From Klebsiella phage KPP2018: a stretch of 64,000 bases of DNA. Both the position numbers and the translations under genes were made by a program. The notes below the pieces were generated by a model. The model was not told where the DNA came from. It was given only the letters and a program-made list of their open reading frames with translations, and made no database searches. Below, one piece after another: positions 9,951-19,201 of the stretch. Each line of letters begins with the position of its first letter. Within the stretch, counting starts at the first letter, position 1. Location: sequence record NC_110934.1; one strand, written 5' to 3'.

Positions 9951-10825
9951 TGAGTAAATCCTGGGGAAAATTTATTGAAGAAGAGGAAGCTGAAATGGCT
10001 TCCCGTCGTAACCTAATGATTGTCGATGGAACTAACTTAGGCTTTCGCTTCAAGCATAACAATAGTAAAAAACCATTTGCCTCAAGTTATGTTTCCACTA
10101 TTCAATCTCTTGCAAAATCTTATTCTGCTAGAACTACAATAGTTTTAGGGGATAAAGGGAAGTCTGCATTCCGCTTAGAGCATCTCCCCGAGTATAAAGG
10201 GAATCGAGATGAGAAATACTCGCAGCGTACGGAAGAGGAGAAAGCGTTAGATGAACAATTCTTCGAATATCTGAGGGATGCTTTCGAGTTGTGTGAGACT
10301 ACATTCCCAACTTTCACTATTCGTGGTGTAGAAGCAGATGATATGGCGGCTTATATTGTTAAACTCATTGGACATCTGTATGATCACGTTTGGTTGATTT
10401 CTACTGATGGTGACTGGGATACTTTATTAACTGATAAAGTTTCTCGATTCTCTTTCACAACACGTCGTGAATACCATCTTCGTGATATGTATGAGCATCA
10501 TAATGTTGATGATGTAGAGCAGTTTATCTCTCTGAAAGCAATTATGGGTGATTTAGGGGATAATATCCGTGGTGTCGAGGGTATTGGGGCAAAACGCGGG
10601 TATAATATTATTCGTGAATTTGGTAATGTTCTGGATATTATTGATCAGCTTCCCTTGCCTGGAAAACAGAAATATATACAGAACTTAAATGCTTCGGAGG
10701 AATTGCTTTACCGAAACCTAATTCTGGTTGATTTACCAACCTACTGTGTGGATGCTATTGCTGCTGTAGGTCAAGATGTATTAGATAAATTTACAAAAGA
10801 TATTTTGGAGATTGCAGAACAATGA
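9950..10825 (+). CDS. flap endonuclease / 5'-3' exonuclease (T5 D15-like, 291 aa)
   Basis: Length equals T5 exonuclease (291 aa). Acidic metal-binding clusters (IVDGTNL, GDKGKS, EADD, TDGDWD). H3TH-like GIGAKRG. Confidence 0.85.
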   Translation: MSKSWGKFIEEEEAEMASRRNLMIVDGTNLGFRFKHNNSKKPFASSYVSTIQSLAKSYSARTTIVLGDKGKSAFRLEHLPEYKGNRDEKYSQRTEEEKALDEQFFEYLRDAFELCETTFPTFTIRGVEADDMAAYIVKLIGHLYDHVWLISTDGDWDTLLTDKVSRFSFTTRREYHLRDMYEHHNVDDVEQFISLKAIMGDLGDNIRGVEGIGAKRGYNIIREFGNVLDIIDQLPLPGKQKYIQNLNASEELLYRNLILVDLPTYCVDAIAAVGQDVLDKFTKDILEIAEQ

Positions 10826-11268
10826 TTAAAATTAAATTAACTCATCCAGATTGTATGCCTAAGATTGGCTCTGAAGATGCCGCAGGTATGGATCTGCGAG
10901 CGTTCTTTGGTACTAACCCTGCTGCAGATTTACGTGCTATTGCACCAGGCAAATCCCTAATGATTGACACCGGTGTCGCGGTAGAAATTCCGCGAGGTTG
11001 GTTCGGTTTGGTAGTTCCTCGCAGCTCTTTAGGTAAGCGTCATCTGATGATTGCAAACACCGCAGGAGTAATAGACTCAGACTATCGTGGAACTATTAAG
11101 ATGAACCTTTATAACTACGGTTCTGAAATTCAAACTCTGGAGAATTTTGAAAGACTTTGTCAGTTAGTGGTAGTACCGCACTATTCAACTTATAATTTTG
11201 AAATCGTTGACGAACTAGAGGAGACTAATCGTGGAGAAGGCGGCTTTGGAAGCTCAGGAAGTAAATAA
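10822..11268 (+). CDS. dut: dUTPase
   Basis: All five dUTPase motifs: AAGMDLRA, VPRSSLG, GVIDSDYRGT, and C-terminal RGEGGFGSSG. Confidence 0.9.
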   Translation: MIKIKLTHPDCMPKIGSEDAAGMDLRAFFGTNPAADLRAIAPGKSLMIDTGVAVEIPRGWFGLVVPRSSLGKRHLMIANTAGVIDSDYRGTIKMNLYNYGSEIQTLENFERLCQLVVVPHYSTYNFEIVDELEETNRGEGGFGSSGSK

Positions 11269-11497
11269 TTCTGTTGACCCTAATATGATAGAGTCATTTG
11301 AACACCCCGCTACGTATCATCATGTTATGGTAGCAGAACCAGATATGAATAACGTAGTTCTCAAAGTAGATCGTGAAGGCAATGTAATCCATTGGGATGA
11401 GGAGGCTTTTATCGAACTATGTAGTAATTCAGAAGATCCTACTCTTCGAGCTATGTTAGCAGTGTTTAATTTAGGTATTATTGCTGGTAGCAGATAA
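11231..11497 (+). CDS. hypothetical protein
   Basis: 88-aa ORF overlapping the dut 3' end. Followed by a bidirectional terminator. Confidence 0.4.
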   Translation: MEKAALEAQEVNNSVDPNMIESFEHPATYHHVMVAEPDMNNVVLKVDREGNVIHWDEEAFIELCSNSEDPTLRAMLAVFNLGIIAGSR

Positions 11498-11499
11498 TA

Positions 11500-11540
11500 A
11501 TAAACCCCAGTGGATTGTCCACTGGGGTTTTCTTTTATTT
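11500..11540. terminator. bidirectional rho-independent terminator between convergent early (+) and late (-) transcription units
   Basis: CCCCAGTGG-ATTGT-CCACTGGGG hairpin. T-run on + side (TTTTCTTTTATTT) and A-run on the other side (AATAATAAA). Confidence 0.8.
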
Positions 11541-13622
11541 AGCGAGAAGTTGTTTTACCAATTCCTTGAGTTCGTCAATTTCTTGCTGCTGCTTCTCAAC
11601 CACTTCATTAAGCTCATTAAAAGCATTTACTAACAAAGCATTTACGCCAGAGTGAGACACACCAAGCATACTATCTTCTTTCTGTGGGTCAATCTTGTAT
11701 ACCGCTTCTGGAAGAACAGTCTGCACATCTTGTGCTATAACTCCAGCCTCAATACTGTACAGGGTATCTCTGTCTTCTACTAGATTATTTCTCTTATAGT
11801 ACGTATAACCTACTAGAGACTTAACCTTATCGCGAGCATTCTCAATTTCCTTAAGATTGGCTTTCATGCGAATATCAGAACTGCTTATCCATTGACCAGC
11901 AACAGCATTACCACCGCTATCAAAATGAAACTCCGCCCCCCTGCAATATATATTTAACTGTGCACCACCGGCACTCCAGCCTACTACATCCATGCCGGCT
12001 AACCAGTCTACACCCCACAGTACGCTTTTAAATACAGAAGATGCAGAATCCAATCCAGTATGTTCTACTAGTACTCCTGTAGGTCTTGATCTCCAATCAG
12101 TAAATGCACCCCCACTAATAGTACCACTTATTAGTGACCCAGATTCCCCACTTGCAGCCCCCTGTACTCTAATGGCACCTCGATTAGAAATTGCATTAAC
12201 TAATTGCCCCAAAGCCCCATGAGCTTGCTGCCATACACCCCAGACACCTCCCTGCATAATACGTACGCTTACTGAACCGCTCCAAGCTCCTGTAAATATG
12301 GTGGCCCTTTGCATTCTATAGCTAGGATCTGGGTGTACTAGAGTTTCTAAGAAAAACCACGCGTCTTCTAGCCCGTTTATTTGTTGGTATGGTCGAGTAC
12401 CAACAATATTTCCTCCAGTAGGTGGAACAGTAAACTTACTATTTACAGCAAGAGTGTCAAAATTAAACCCATTTGGGTATTTACCATCTATAGAGGACAA
12501 GAGGTTCCACTCTGTTAATTCTAGATTTTTTCTAGCTTGGTCAGCAGAATTAGCTCCTGTACCTCCGGCTGCAATAGCCAAAGGAACCCAAGTACCGGTA
12601 TCATCTCTCCATGTACCCCATTCCCCATTAGGTCTAGCAGTGATTCTAAATCCACTTCCGGGAGCGTATACCATGGTCTCAGTAGCACTTTGTTTGAATC
12701 TGTCAATATCCAGGTTAGTTCTTGCACCATCTTTAGAAGTAGCACCAGTACCTCCATTTGAAAACTGTACGATAGACTGGGCGTTAAATTGCTCTTGCCA
12801 CCCTCTCCAATTATCCGTACCATCTAGAACATTGATCCAAGTACTTCCAAGTGCTCCAGTAGCTTTTAGTGTACCATACTGAGCAGCTCCGTTAATATCT
12901 ACACCATGACAGTGGAAGTTATATGCCCACCAACCTTGTTGCTTAGGGGGTCCATTAACTATTAATTCACCAGATGAATAATACCCGCTTTGACCTGCAA
13001 CCGCAATATAGTTTAGAACATCTTCCCCATCAGCAATTTTTTCAGCCCAGGCGCCAACTGGAACATTAAGATTTTTTCTTGCTGCTTTTGGAGTAGTTCC
13101 TCCAGTACCACCATATGCAACTTTTAATGCTTGTATTGCTGCAGTAGAATTATCAAGTAGACCAAAATCTCCACTATCATATATAAATAAAGAATATTTC
13201 TCATTAGGAGATACAATAAAAGTTCCGTTACTCTGTTGGCGAAGGCGCTCAACTTGTAAGGCCTTCTTAGCACCCTCTAACGTAGTAGCACCAGTACCGC
13301 CCTGGGTAAGTGTAATAGCTTTAGTCAGTGCATTTAATTCTGTAATATCGTTATTAGCACCTTTAGCAGCTTTAGTACCTAAAGTAGTATTAATACCACC
13401 TAATGCAGTATTAATATTACCAATTGATTCATTAATACTATTAATAGATGCATCAGTAGCAGCTTTATCAGTAGTATATTTAGAAACTTGTAGATATTTG
13501 GATGTTAGTACGACAGCACCAGCTTCTCCATCAACAGAGAAAACGCCGGCAACTGCGGCGTCTCTATTAACTACAACATAGGGGGCCATAGCCCCACTTT
13601 TTGGCATTAAATTACGTGACAT
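11535..13622 (-). CDS. tail fibre protein (LtfB-like) with C-terminal intramolecular-chaperone (S74-type) domain
   Basis: 695 aa. Gly/Thr-rich repeats (GGTGATT..., GGTGGTTP...). C-terminus DIRMKANLKEIENA...YSIEAGVIAQDVQTVLPEAVYK...coiled coil, typical of the auto-cleaving chaperone domain of phage fibres. Confidence 0.7.
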   Translation of the reverse strand: MSRNLMPKSGAMAPYVVVNRDAAVAGVFSVDGEAGAVVLTSKYLQVSKYTTDKAATDASINSINESIGNINTALGGINTTLGTKAAKGANNDITELNALTKAITLTQGGTGATTLEGAKKALQVERLRQQSNGTFIVSPNEKYSLFIYDSGDFGLLDNSTAAIQALKVAYGGTGGTTPKAARKNLNVPVGAWAEKIADGEDVLNYIAVAGQSGYYSSGELIVNGPPKQQGWWAYNFHCHGVDINGAAQYGTLKATGALGSTWINVLDGTDNWRGWQEQFNAQSIVQFSNGGTGATSKDGARTNLDIDRFKQSATETMVYAPGSGFRITARPNGEWGTWRDDTGTWVPLAIAAGGTGANSADQARKNLELTEWNLLSSIDGKYPNGFNFDTLAVNSKFTVPPTGGNIVGTRPYQQINGLEDAWFFLETLVHPDPSYRMQRATIFTGAWSGSVSVRIMQGGVWGVWQQAHGALGQLVNAISNRGAIRVQGAASGESGSLISGTISGGAFTDWRSRPTGVLVEHTGLDSASSVFKSVLWGVDWLAGMDVVGWSAGGAQLNIYCRGAEFHFDSGGNAVAGQWISSSDIRMKANLKEIENARDKVKSLVGYTYYKRNNLVEDRDTLYSIEAGVIAQDVQTVLPEAVYKIDPQKEDSMLGVSHSGVNALLVNAFNELNEVVEKQQQEIDELKELVKQLLAK

Positions 13623-16600
13623 TAACTAGTACCTTTCATTTTGTCTAACTCTGCTTCTAAATTTGATAATCTAGTCATCAAATCAAGCTTTTCGTTAATG
13701 TTGTCAATAACAGTAGACATCTCGTGTAATTTAGTCTCAAGAGACTTATTTCTTTCAGATAATACTTTAATAGCAGCTAAAGCATCCATTAACAATGGAT
13801 TGGTATCTAGAGTTAAAGTAATATCGTCGGTTTCAGGGTTGCCAATAGCTTTAACGTATTGAGGATCAATCAACTCTAATTGTTGTGCAATAACACCACG
13901 TCTAATATTCTTTTTCTTATCAAACTTATAGGTGAATTTCTTGAACTCCATTTTTTCAATATTTTCAAGAGATTCTTCACCCGATACATCCTGAATATTA
14001 TCTTTTAGATTGATATCAGATACCGCATTTTTAGTATAGGTAAAATTAAAGACAGTGTTATTATAGTCTGTCCCCCATCCGTTAATATCCCCTGACATAT
14101 GAAACTGATAGGTGCATGCCCAGTTAGAGTCCCCTCTTAGTCTAACTACATAGGCAGGCCAATCAATACCCCGGGATATTAATCCAGTAGTAGCTCTCAT
14201 CGGATAACCACCTGTAGATTGAGTACGAGCACTAATAATAGGTACAAACCCACTATCATTATCTACTACGTCAGAAGCTTGAAAAGGAGCGAAGAAACCA
14301 AATGAATCCCCATCCCATGTCTTCTGGTATCCTTGAGTATGCATGCGCTCTGCATTCCAAGCCCCTGAATCCATATACAGATTAGCATATTTAGTAGCGG
14401 TTAAGGAACCGTCTGCAGTACGTCTATAGGCAGCTATCGTAGCTCTTTCGGTAAGAGATTGGCCATAATTACCTTCTGAATAAAATAGCGCTTCTAAACG
14501 AGGTGTGTCTGGATCCACCGAGTTATCCAACTGGACTTGTGCGGAAAAAACCTCCGATCCTAAGTAAGATCCCGCCGAAGGAACCGCGTGGTATTTACGG
14601 GAAATAACACCACCATTCTTAATATTAATAGGCCAACCTTCCAGATTACGTAGCTGAGTAATATCGAAGTTAATACCAGCACTTGCAGCCTCTAAGTTTT
14701 TTCTAGCTTGAGCTGGCTCAGTAGCTCCAGTACCCCCATGCTCAACAGGTAAAGATACCCACTTGTTCTCAGAATGGTCGTATACTCCCCAGTTTTTAGT
14801 GTCTTGGACCATAAACACTATATTTTGATCCTGAGAGGTTATATGTGTTCCTCCTTCTAGCTGCTTTACTCTATCCACTTCTAGGTTAGTTTTGGCGGAA
14901 CTAACTGTAGAAGCTCCTGTCCCTCCTTTAGCTAGACTTAAGACACCTTGAGTATCCCCGTTTAAATCCGGCTTATTAACAGTACCATAAAGAATATTAG
15001 TATGAACAATAGGGTTTTCGCTGTCTAAAATAGCATCATTGATTGCAGCTGCAAATACTACTGCACTACCATACCCAGAACAGATAAATGAGTTAGTATC
15101 TGCTGTTCTAGAGTAGAAACCTGCAGAATACGCTGGCAAGCCCTGAACCCCAGTATCGTTGCGATAATACCCAGAACCAAAAGCTCTCATAGCCTTGAAA
15201 AATGATACTATATCAGGTTCATTTAATGTAATACCAACACCACCTAAACCAAAAGCACCGCGAAGCAGAACTTCTCCATTAGTGCCATTCCAAGCATTCT
15301 TAGTAACAACGTTACCTAGTGCTAGGTTTCCATTCTCATCTGGTATAACAGTTCCATTAACCATCGCCACGTAAGGGAGCTTAATAGCTCCAGTATCATC
15401 AGCAGGACCAATTCCATTCACAGTAGTGATATAAGGGATTTGTTCCTTGATAGCACCACCATCTTCTTCTCCCTTAATGGGTGCACGGAAAGCCTGCCCC
15501 TGCATCATATCTGGTAAACGAAAGGTTGTGGAACCATCACCAGTGGAGAAGTAGAGTGTTGCACCAGCCTGCCATTGTTCTTCCGTAACAGAGGGGATTA
15601 AGCCAGCCTCAATAGCTTCCCAAGTATCTGGATAGTCTACACGAAGAACTTCACGACCATCAGCAGGAAGAACACCAGGGTAGCCAACACCTGAATCTTT
15701 ATCATAGGGGAACCAAGTAACTTCACCCAGCCATAAAGAAGGGTTACCACCAGGAAGAGTAATCTGTACGTTACCCGCGTCATCTGCACGAACGTTATTA
15801 ATAGAAACTAGCTTTTGCTCTATTTCTACTAATTCTAGAACAGGAGCCTCGGCAGTACCAGCGACCTTATACCACCCATATTTTGAATCAGTTTGATTCC
15901 ATACTAGGATCTTCTCCCCTAGCACACGACTTCCAACATCAGCATCGGCTTCTGCTTTAGTCTTATAAACTTTGATGAAACCAGAAATATCTACCTTATC
16001 AAGTTTACTATCAACAATCTGAGTTGCACGATCTGCTTCAGCTTTAGCACGATCTGCTTCAGTAGTAGCGTCAATAGCTTTGTCACCCGCTTCTGTAGCA
16101 GAGCTAGCAGCATTAGTCTCAGAAGTTTTAGCATTTAATTCTGATTGCTTAGCAGCAGCAGCGTGTTCTCCAGCAGTTGTAGCAGCAGCATCTGCTCCAG
16201 CTTTTGCGGTTTCAGCGCCAGCCTTAGCAGTTTCAGCCGCTGTCTGAGCTTGTTGAGCAGCAGTTTTAGCTTGTTCTGCAAGTCTACGACTGTTCTCAGC
16301 ATTCTGAGCAGCTAGTTCAGCAGAATCTCTAAATCCTTTAGACTCTTCCGCTGATGTAGCAGAAGCATCTGCACTCTTCTGGGATAATCTAGCCTGTTTC
16401 TCAGATTCTGCTGCTGAAGCTGCAGATTGAGTAGCTGATGTTTGGGAAGAATCTGCATAGATACCCGCCATAATTTCGGAGTCTTTTGCTTTATTCTCAG
16501 AATCTTTAGCAGCAATTTCAGAACCTTTTGCTGCCGCCGCAGAAGCAGCGGAGGCTTCTACAGCAGAAGTTAATTCACCAGCAGTAATAGAGCTAATAGA

Positions 16601-16702
16601 ATTTCCTAAAACTACTGTATATTTAGGATACTTACTAGCAGTAGTTGTAGTGTCATCTATGTTCAGAATCTGCTGTACAATAATTTTAGTTTTAAGTGCC
16701 AT
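13622..16702 (-). CDS. L-shaped tail fibre protein (pb1/LtfA-like) with C-terminal intramolecular-chaperone domain
   Basis: 1026 aa. Ala-rich coiled-coil N-region. C-terminal SDINLKDNIQDV...RRGVIAQQLELIDPQYVKAI...coiled coil. Located next to the collar gene as in T5. Confidence 0.75.
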   Translation of the reverse strand: MALKTKIIVQQILNIDDTTTTASKYPKYTVVLGNSISSITAGELTSAVEASAASAAAAKGSEIAAKDSENKAKDSEIMAGIYADSSQTSATQSAASAAESEKQARLSQKSADASATSAEESKGFRDSAELAAQNAENSRRLAEQAKTAAQQAQTAAETAKAGAETAKAGADAAATTAGEHAAAAKQSELNAKTSETNAASSATEAGDKAIDATTEADRAKAEADRATQIVDSKLDKVDISGFIKVYKTKAEADADVGSRVLGEKILVWNQTDSKYGWYKVAGTAEAPVLELVEIEQKLVSINNVRADDAGNVQITLPGGNPSLWLGEVTWFPYDKDSGVGYPGVLPADGREVLRVDYPDTWEAIEAGLIPSVTEEQWQAGATLYFSTGDGSTTFRLPDMMQGQAFRAPIKGEEDGGAIKEQIPYITTVNGIGPADDTGAIKLPYVAMVNGTVIPDENGNLALGNVVTKNAWNGTNGEVLLRGAFGLGGVGITLNEPDIVSFFKAMRAFGSGYYRNDTGVQGLPAYSAGFYSRTADTNSFICSGYGSAVVFAAAINDAILDSENPIVHTNILYGTVNKPDLNGDTQGVLSLAKGGTGASTVSSAKTNLEVDRVKQLEGGTHITSQDQNIVFMVQDTKNWGVYDHSENKWVSLPVEHGGTGATEPAQARKNLEAASAGINFDITQLRNLEGWPINIKNGGVISRKYHAVPSAGSYLGSEVFSAQVQLDNSVDPDTPRLEALFYSEGNYGQSLTERATIAAYRRTADGSLTATKYANLYMDSGAWNAERMHTQGYQKTWDGDSFGFFAPFQASDVVDNDSGFVPIISARTQSTGGYPMRATTGLISRGIDWPAYVVRLRGDSNWACTYQFHMSGDINGWGTDYNNTVFNFTYTKNAVSDINLKDNIQDVSGEESLENIEKMEFKKFTYKFDKKKNIRRGVIAQQLELIDPQYVKAIGNPETDDITLTLDTNPLLMDALAAIKVLSERNKSLETKLHEMSTVIDNINEKLDLMTRLSNLEAELDKMKGTS

Positions 16703-17124
16703 TATTGAGTTACCCCGTCACTCACATAAACCTTTCCTTCCATAATACGGAAAGAACTGACTTCTGAACCAATAACATCGCGGGTCATTAGAATATCGTA
16801 ATAGCCTGCAAAACGTTGTCTTGGGTTATATTTATCACGCTCTTTGGATGCCTTAATACCAATATTATTAACATCTCCAACACTAAGGCTAATAGCAGCA
16901 GCTCCTTGAGCCGCATCGATTATACGAGTTTTAAAAGTAGCTAAAGTTTCCGCATCTTCGTCAAGACTTGCTTTAATAGTTCCACGAAGTGAGTAGCCTG
17001 TTAGGTTAACAGGTATTTCAGAGGGAGGGTAGACACTATCATCAACATCCATAAACTGCATGACAAGACCATAAGGTACTTTCTCATCAACAACAATATC
17101 AATTACTCTATTTTCTGTACTCAT
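16702..17124 (-). CDS. collar / fibre-attachment protein (T5 p132-like, 140 aa)
   Basis: Size and position (between pb4-like and fibre genes) match T5 p132. Confidence 0.6.
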   Translation of the reverse strand: MSTENRVIDIVVDEKVPYGLVMQFMDVDDSVYPPSEIPVNLTGYSLRGTIKASLDEDAETLATFKTRIIDAAQGAAAISLSVGDVNNIGIKASKERDKYNPRQRFAGYYDILMTRDVIGSEVSSFRIMEGKVYVSDGVTQ

Positions 17125-17128
17125 TATT

Positions 17129-19201
17129 TTACCTTATATGGATATACCCAGCTGCTAGGTCTATCTTCATTCTGTAATAGGCTTCCGGATTATCAGATAA
17201 TGCAGCGTTTCTATCATAAATAACGTTAACACCTATCTGGGATAAGAAGGCATTATTTGCTACAATCTTACTAGCGGTTACCGTGCCGTTAACTATCATA
17301 TCGCCGTGTAATACCATTGCTGGGCTAACCCAACCGGAACCATTCCATTGACGAGTAAATGCGGCTTGTGGAGCATTACTATTAAACTCAGTCAATACGT
17401 CATATCTAACTGGTGGACTACCAAAGTTATTCTGGAAGAAGGTATTAGCTTGCCCATCATCCCAACCACCAAGACCTGGAATACCTAAGGAATACATTCC
17501 AGGACCCCGTTGTCCATCATGTCCTATAGTACCTTCAGTACCGCTCCACTGAACTACATCGGACCAGCTAGTACCTGCAAGAAGTTTATTAGTAACTGGA
17601 TCAAGTGTACCCGTAGTCGCATAGATATTTTGTGTCATATCTGTACGATTAGGTGGAGTTTTTGACCAACCAGGAGGCGGATAATCTTGTTCTAGTGGCT
17701 TTGCTGGCAAACTTTTATCAAGTTTATAAACAAATACTGTTTGTTTACCCTGCATCCCAGTACCAATATCTACATCACCATTAGGAGTTCCAATAACAAC
17801 TCCACTAGATATACGAAGAGTATCACCATCATAACGAATCCACTGTGTGGCATTACCAATGTCTAACTTAGCTTTGGCAGAGGTATTATCCATGCCCATC
17901 CAAATACCAGAGTTACTATCCCCCCAAGACTTACCTTGAGTGTAAATTGCTGGATTATCCTTACCGGATAAGTTAGTCATGATAAAATTCGCAGCATTAA
18001 TATCTTTAGTAATTACTTTACCATCAACGTTAACAACACGGTTTATAGGATCAAAAGAAATAGGTGCTTTTCCCTCTTCATCTAGCAGACCAATGTTAAT
18101 AGCACCAGTAGCTGCGTCGATTAAGAATGTCTGTCTCCATATTTCTCCATCTTTCATGCTGCCCTTAATAAAGGCATAGTTAACATCAATACCCGTCTCA
18201 TTGACAAAGCTGTTGTCTAGAGGAGTATCTTCATTCAATATAAATGTTACAGGAGCTGATTCTGTTATATCTTGTTTATTTGGTCCCCAGGCAATTGACG
18301 AAACCTTAAAGGTATGTTCAACTTTCCAGGGGAATGATATAATTGTTGCAGCCCTGGCAGCACCAACGTTTATCTTTTGAGCTTTAGCCCAGCCAGTCTT
18401 AGCGTATTCTTCAGAGTTTATATATGTAACCAAGAACTCACGAACATTAGCACCCCCACCGCGTTCCCAATCCCACTCAATTCTAACATCATAGCGTTCT
18501 TTACCATCAGCAATTCGTGCAGCTTTAAAAACAATATTGATAGGTGCAGTAGGAGGAACAAAATTATAAGCTACTGTTAAAATATTAGGGAATTCATAGT
18601 ACCCAGAAGAATCAACTGTAACACCATCAGGCATAGTTACTTGACCAGATATTCTGATCTTATAATCTCCGATAGGAACTCCACCAAATTTAATAGTAGA
18701 ACCTAAAGCCCCAATGTAATACTTAGTCCAAGGACTGTCTTCTGTAGCTGTACTTTTTAACTCAATAGTACAGTAGCTTGCTTCACCAGTTGTTTCAACA
18801 ACAACTATCGGTGCGCCTACCCCAACATCCACAGGTTCTGACTCAGATCTTGCTGCAACAATTGTTGGCTTCTCTTTTGTCTTAAAATTGGTTTCATTAG
18901 ATAGAATGATACCAATTTTAGCCTCTAGTAGCTCAGAATCTATAATAGAATCATAAAAAGCCCCTTGAACTTCATAAGAGGTTGAAGGGGTTAGATTATT
19001 AATCATTACGAAGAAAGTATCTATACCAGTATAATCACGTCTATCTATACTTTCTCCTGTCTTTAACCAAAAAGATCTACCAATAACGTCATAGTCAGTG
19101 TATATAGAGTGCTGGATATACGCCCTTGTATATCCAGTCATTATACTATTTAAGACCATTTTGGCTGGTGCATTATTCGAAATCATTAAATGGATGCCCA
19201 C
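17129..19201 (-). CDS. baseplate/central fibre protein (T5 pb4-like, 690 aa)
   Basis: Size (T5 pb4 is 688 aa, as I recall) and position downstream of the pb3-like gene. FN3-like repeat content. Confidence 0.7.
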   Translation of the reverse strand: MGIHLMISNNAPAKMVLNSIMTGYTRAYIQHSIYTDYDVIGRSFWLKTGESIDRRDYTGIDTFFVMINNLTPSTSYEVQGAFYDSIIDSELLEAKIGIILSNETNFKTKEKPTIVAARSESEPVDVGVGAPIVVVETTGEASYCTIELKSTATEDSPWTKYYIGALGSTIKFGGVPIGDYKIRISGQVTMPDGVTVDSSGYYEFPNILTVAYNFVPPTAPINIVFKAARIADGKERYDVRIEWDWERGGGANVREFLVTYINSEEYAKTGWAKAQKINVGAARAATIISFPWKVEHTFKVSSIAWGPNKQDITESAPVTFILNEDTPLDNSFVNETGIDVNYAFIKGSMKDGEIWRQTFLIDAATGAINIGLLDEEGKAPISFDPINRVVNVDGKVITKDINAANFIMTNLSGKDNPAIYTQGKSWGDSNSGIWMGMDNTSAKAKLDIGNATQWIRYDGDTLRISSGVVIGTPNGDVDIGTGMQGKQTVFVYKLDKSLPAKPLEQDYPPPGWSKTPPNRTDMTQNIYATTGTLDPVTNKLLAGTSWSDVVQWSGTEGTIGHDGQRGPGMYSLGIPGLGGWDDGQANTFFQNNFGSPPVRYDVLTEFNSNAPQAAFTRQWNGSGWVSPAMVLHGDMIVNGTVTASKIVANNAFLSQIGVNVIYDRNAALSDNPEAYYRMKIDLAAGYIHIR

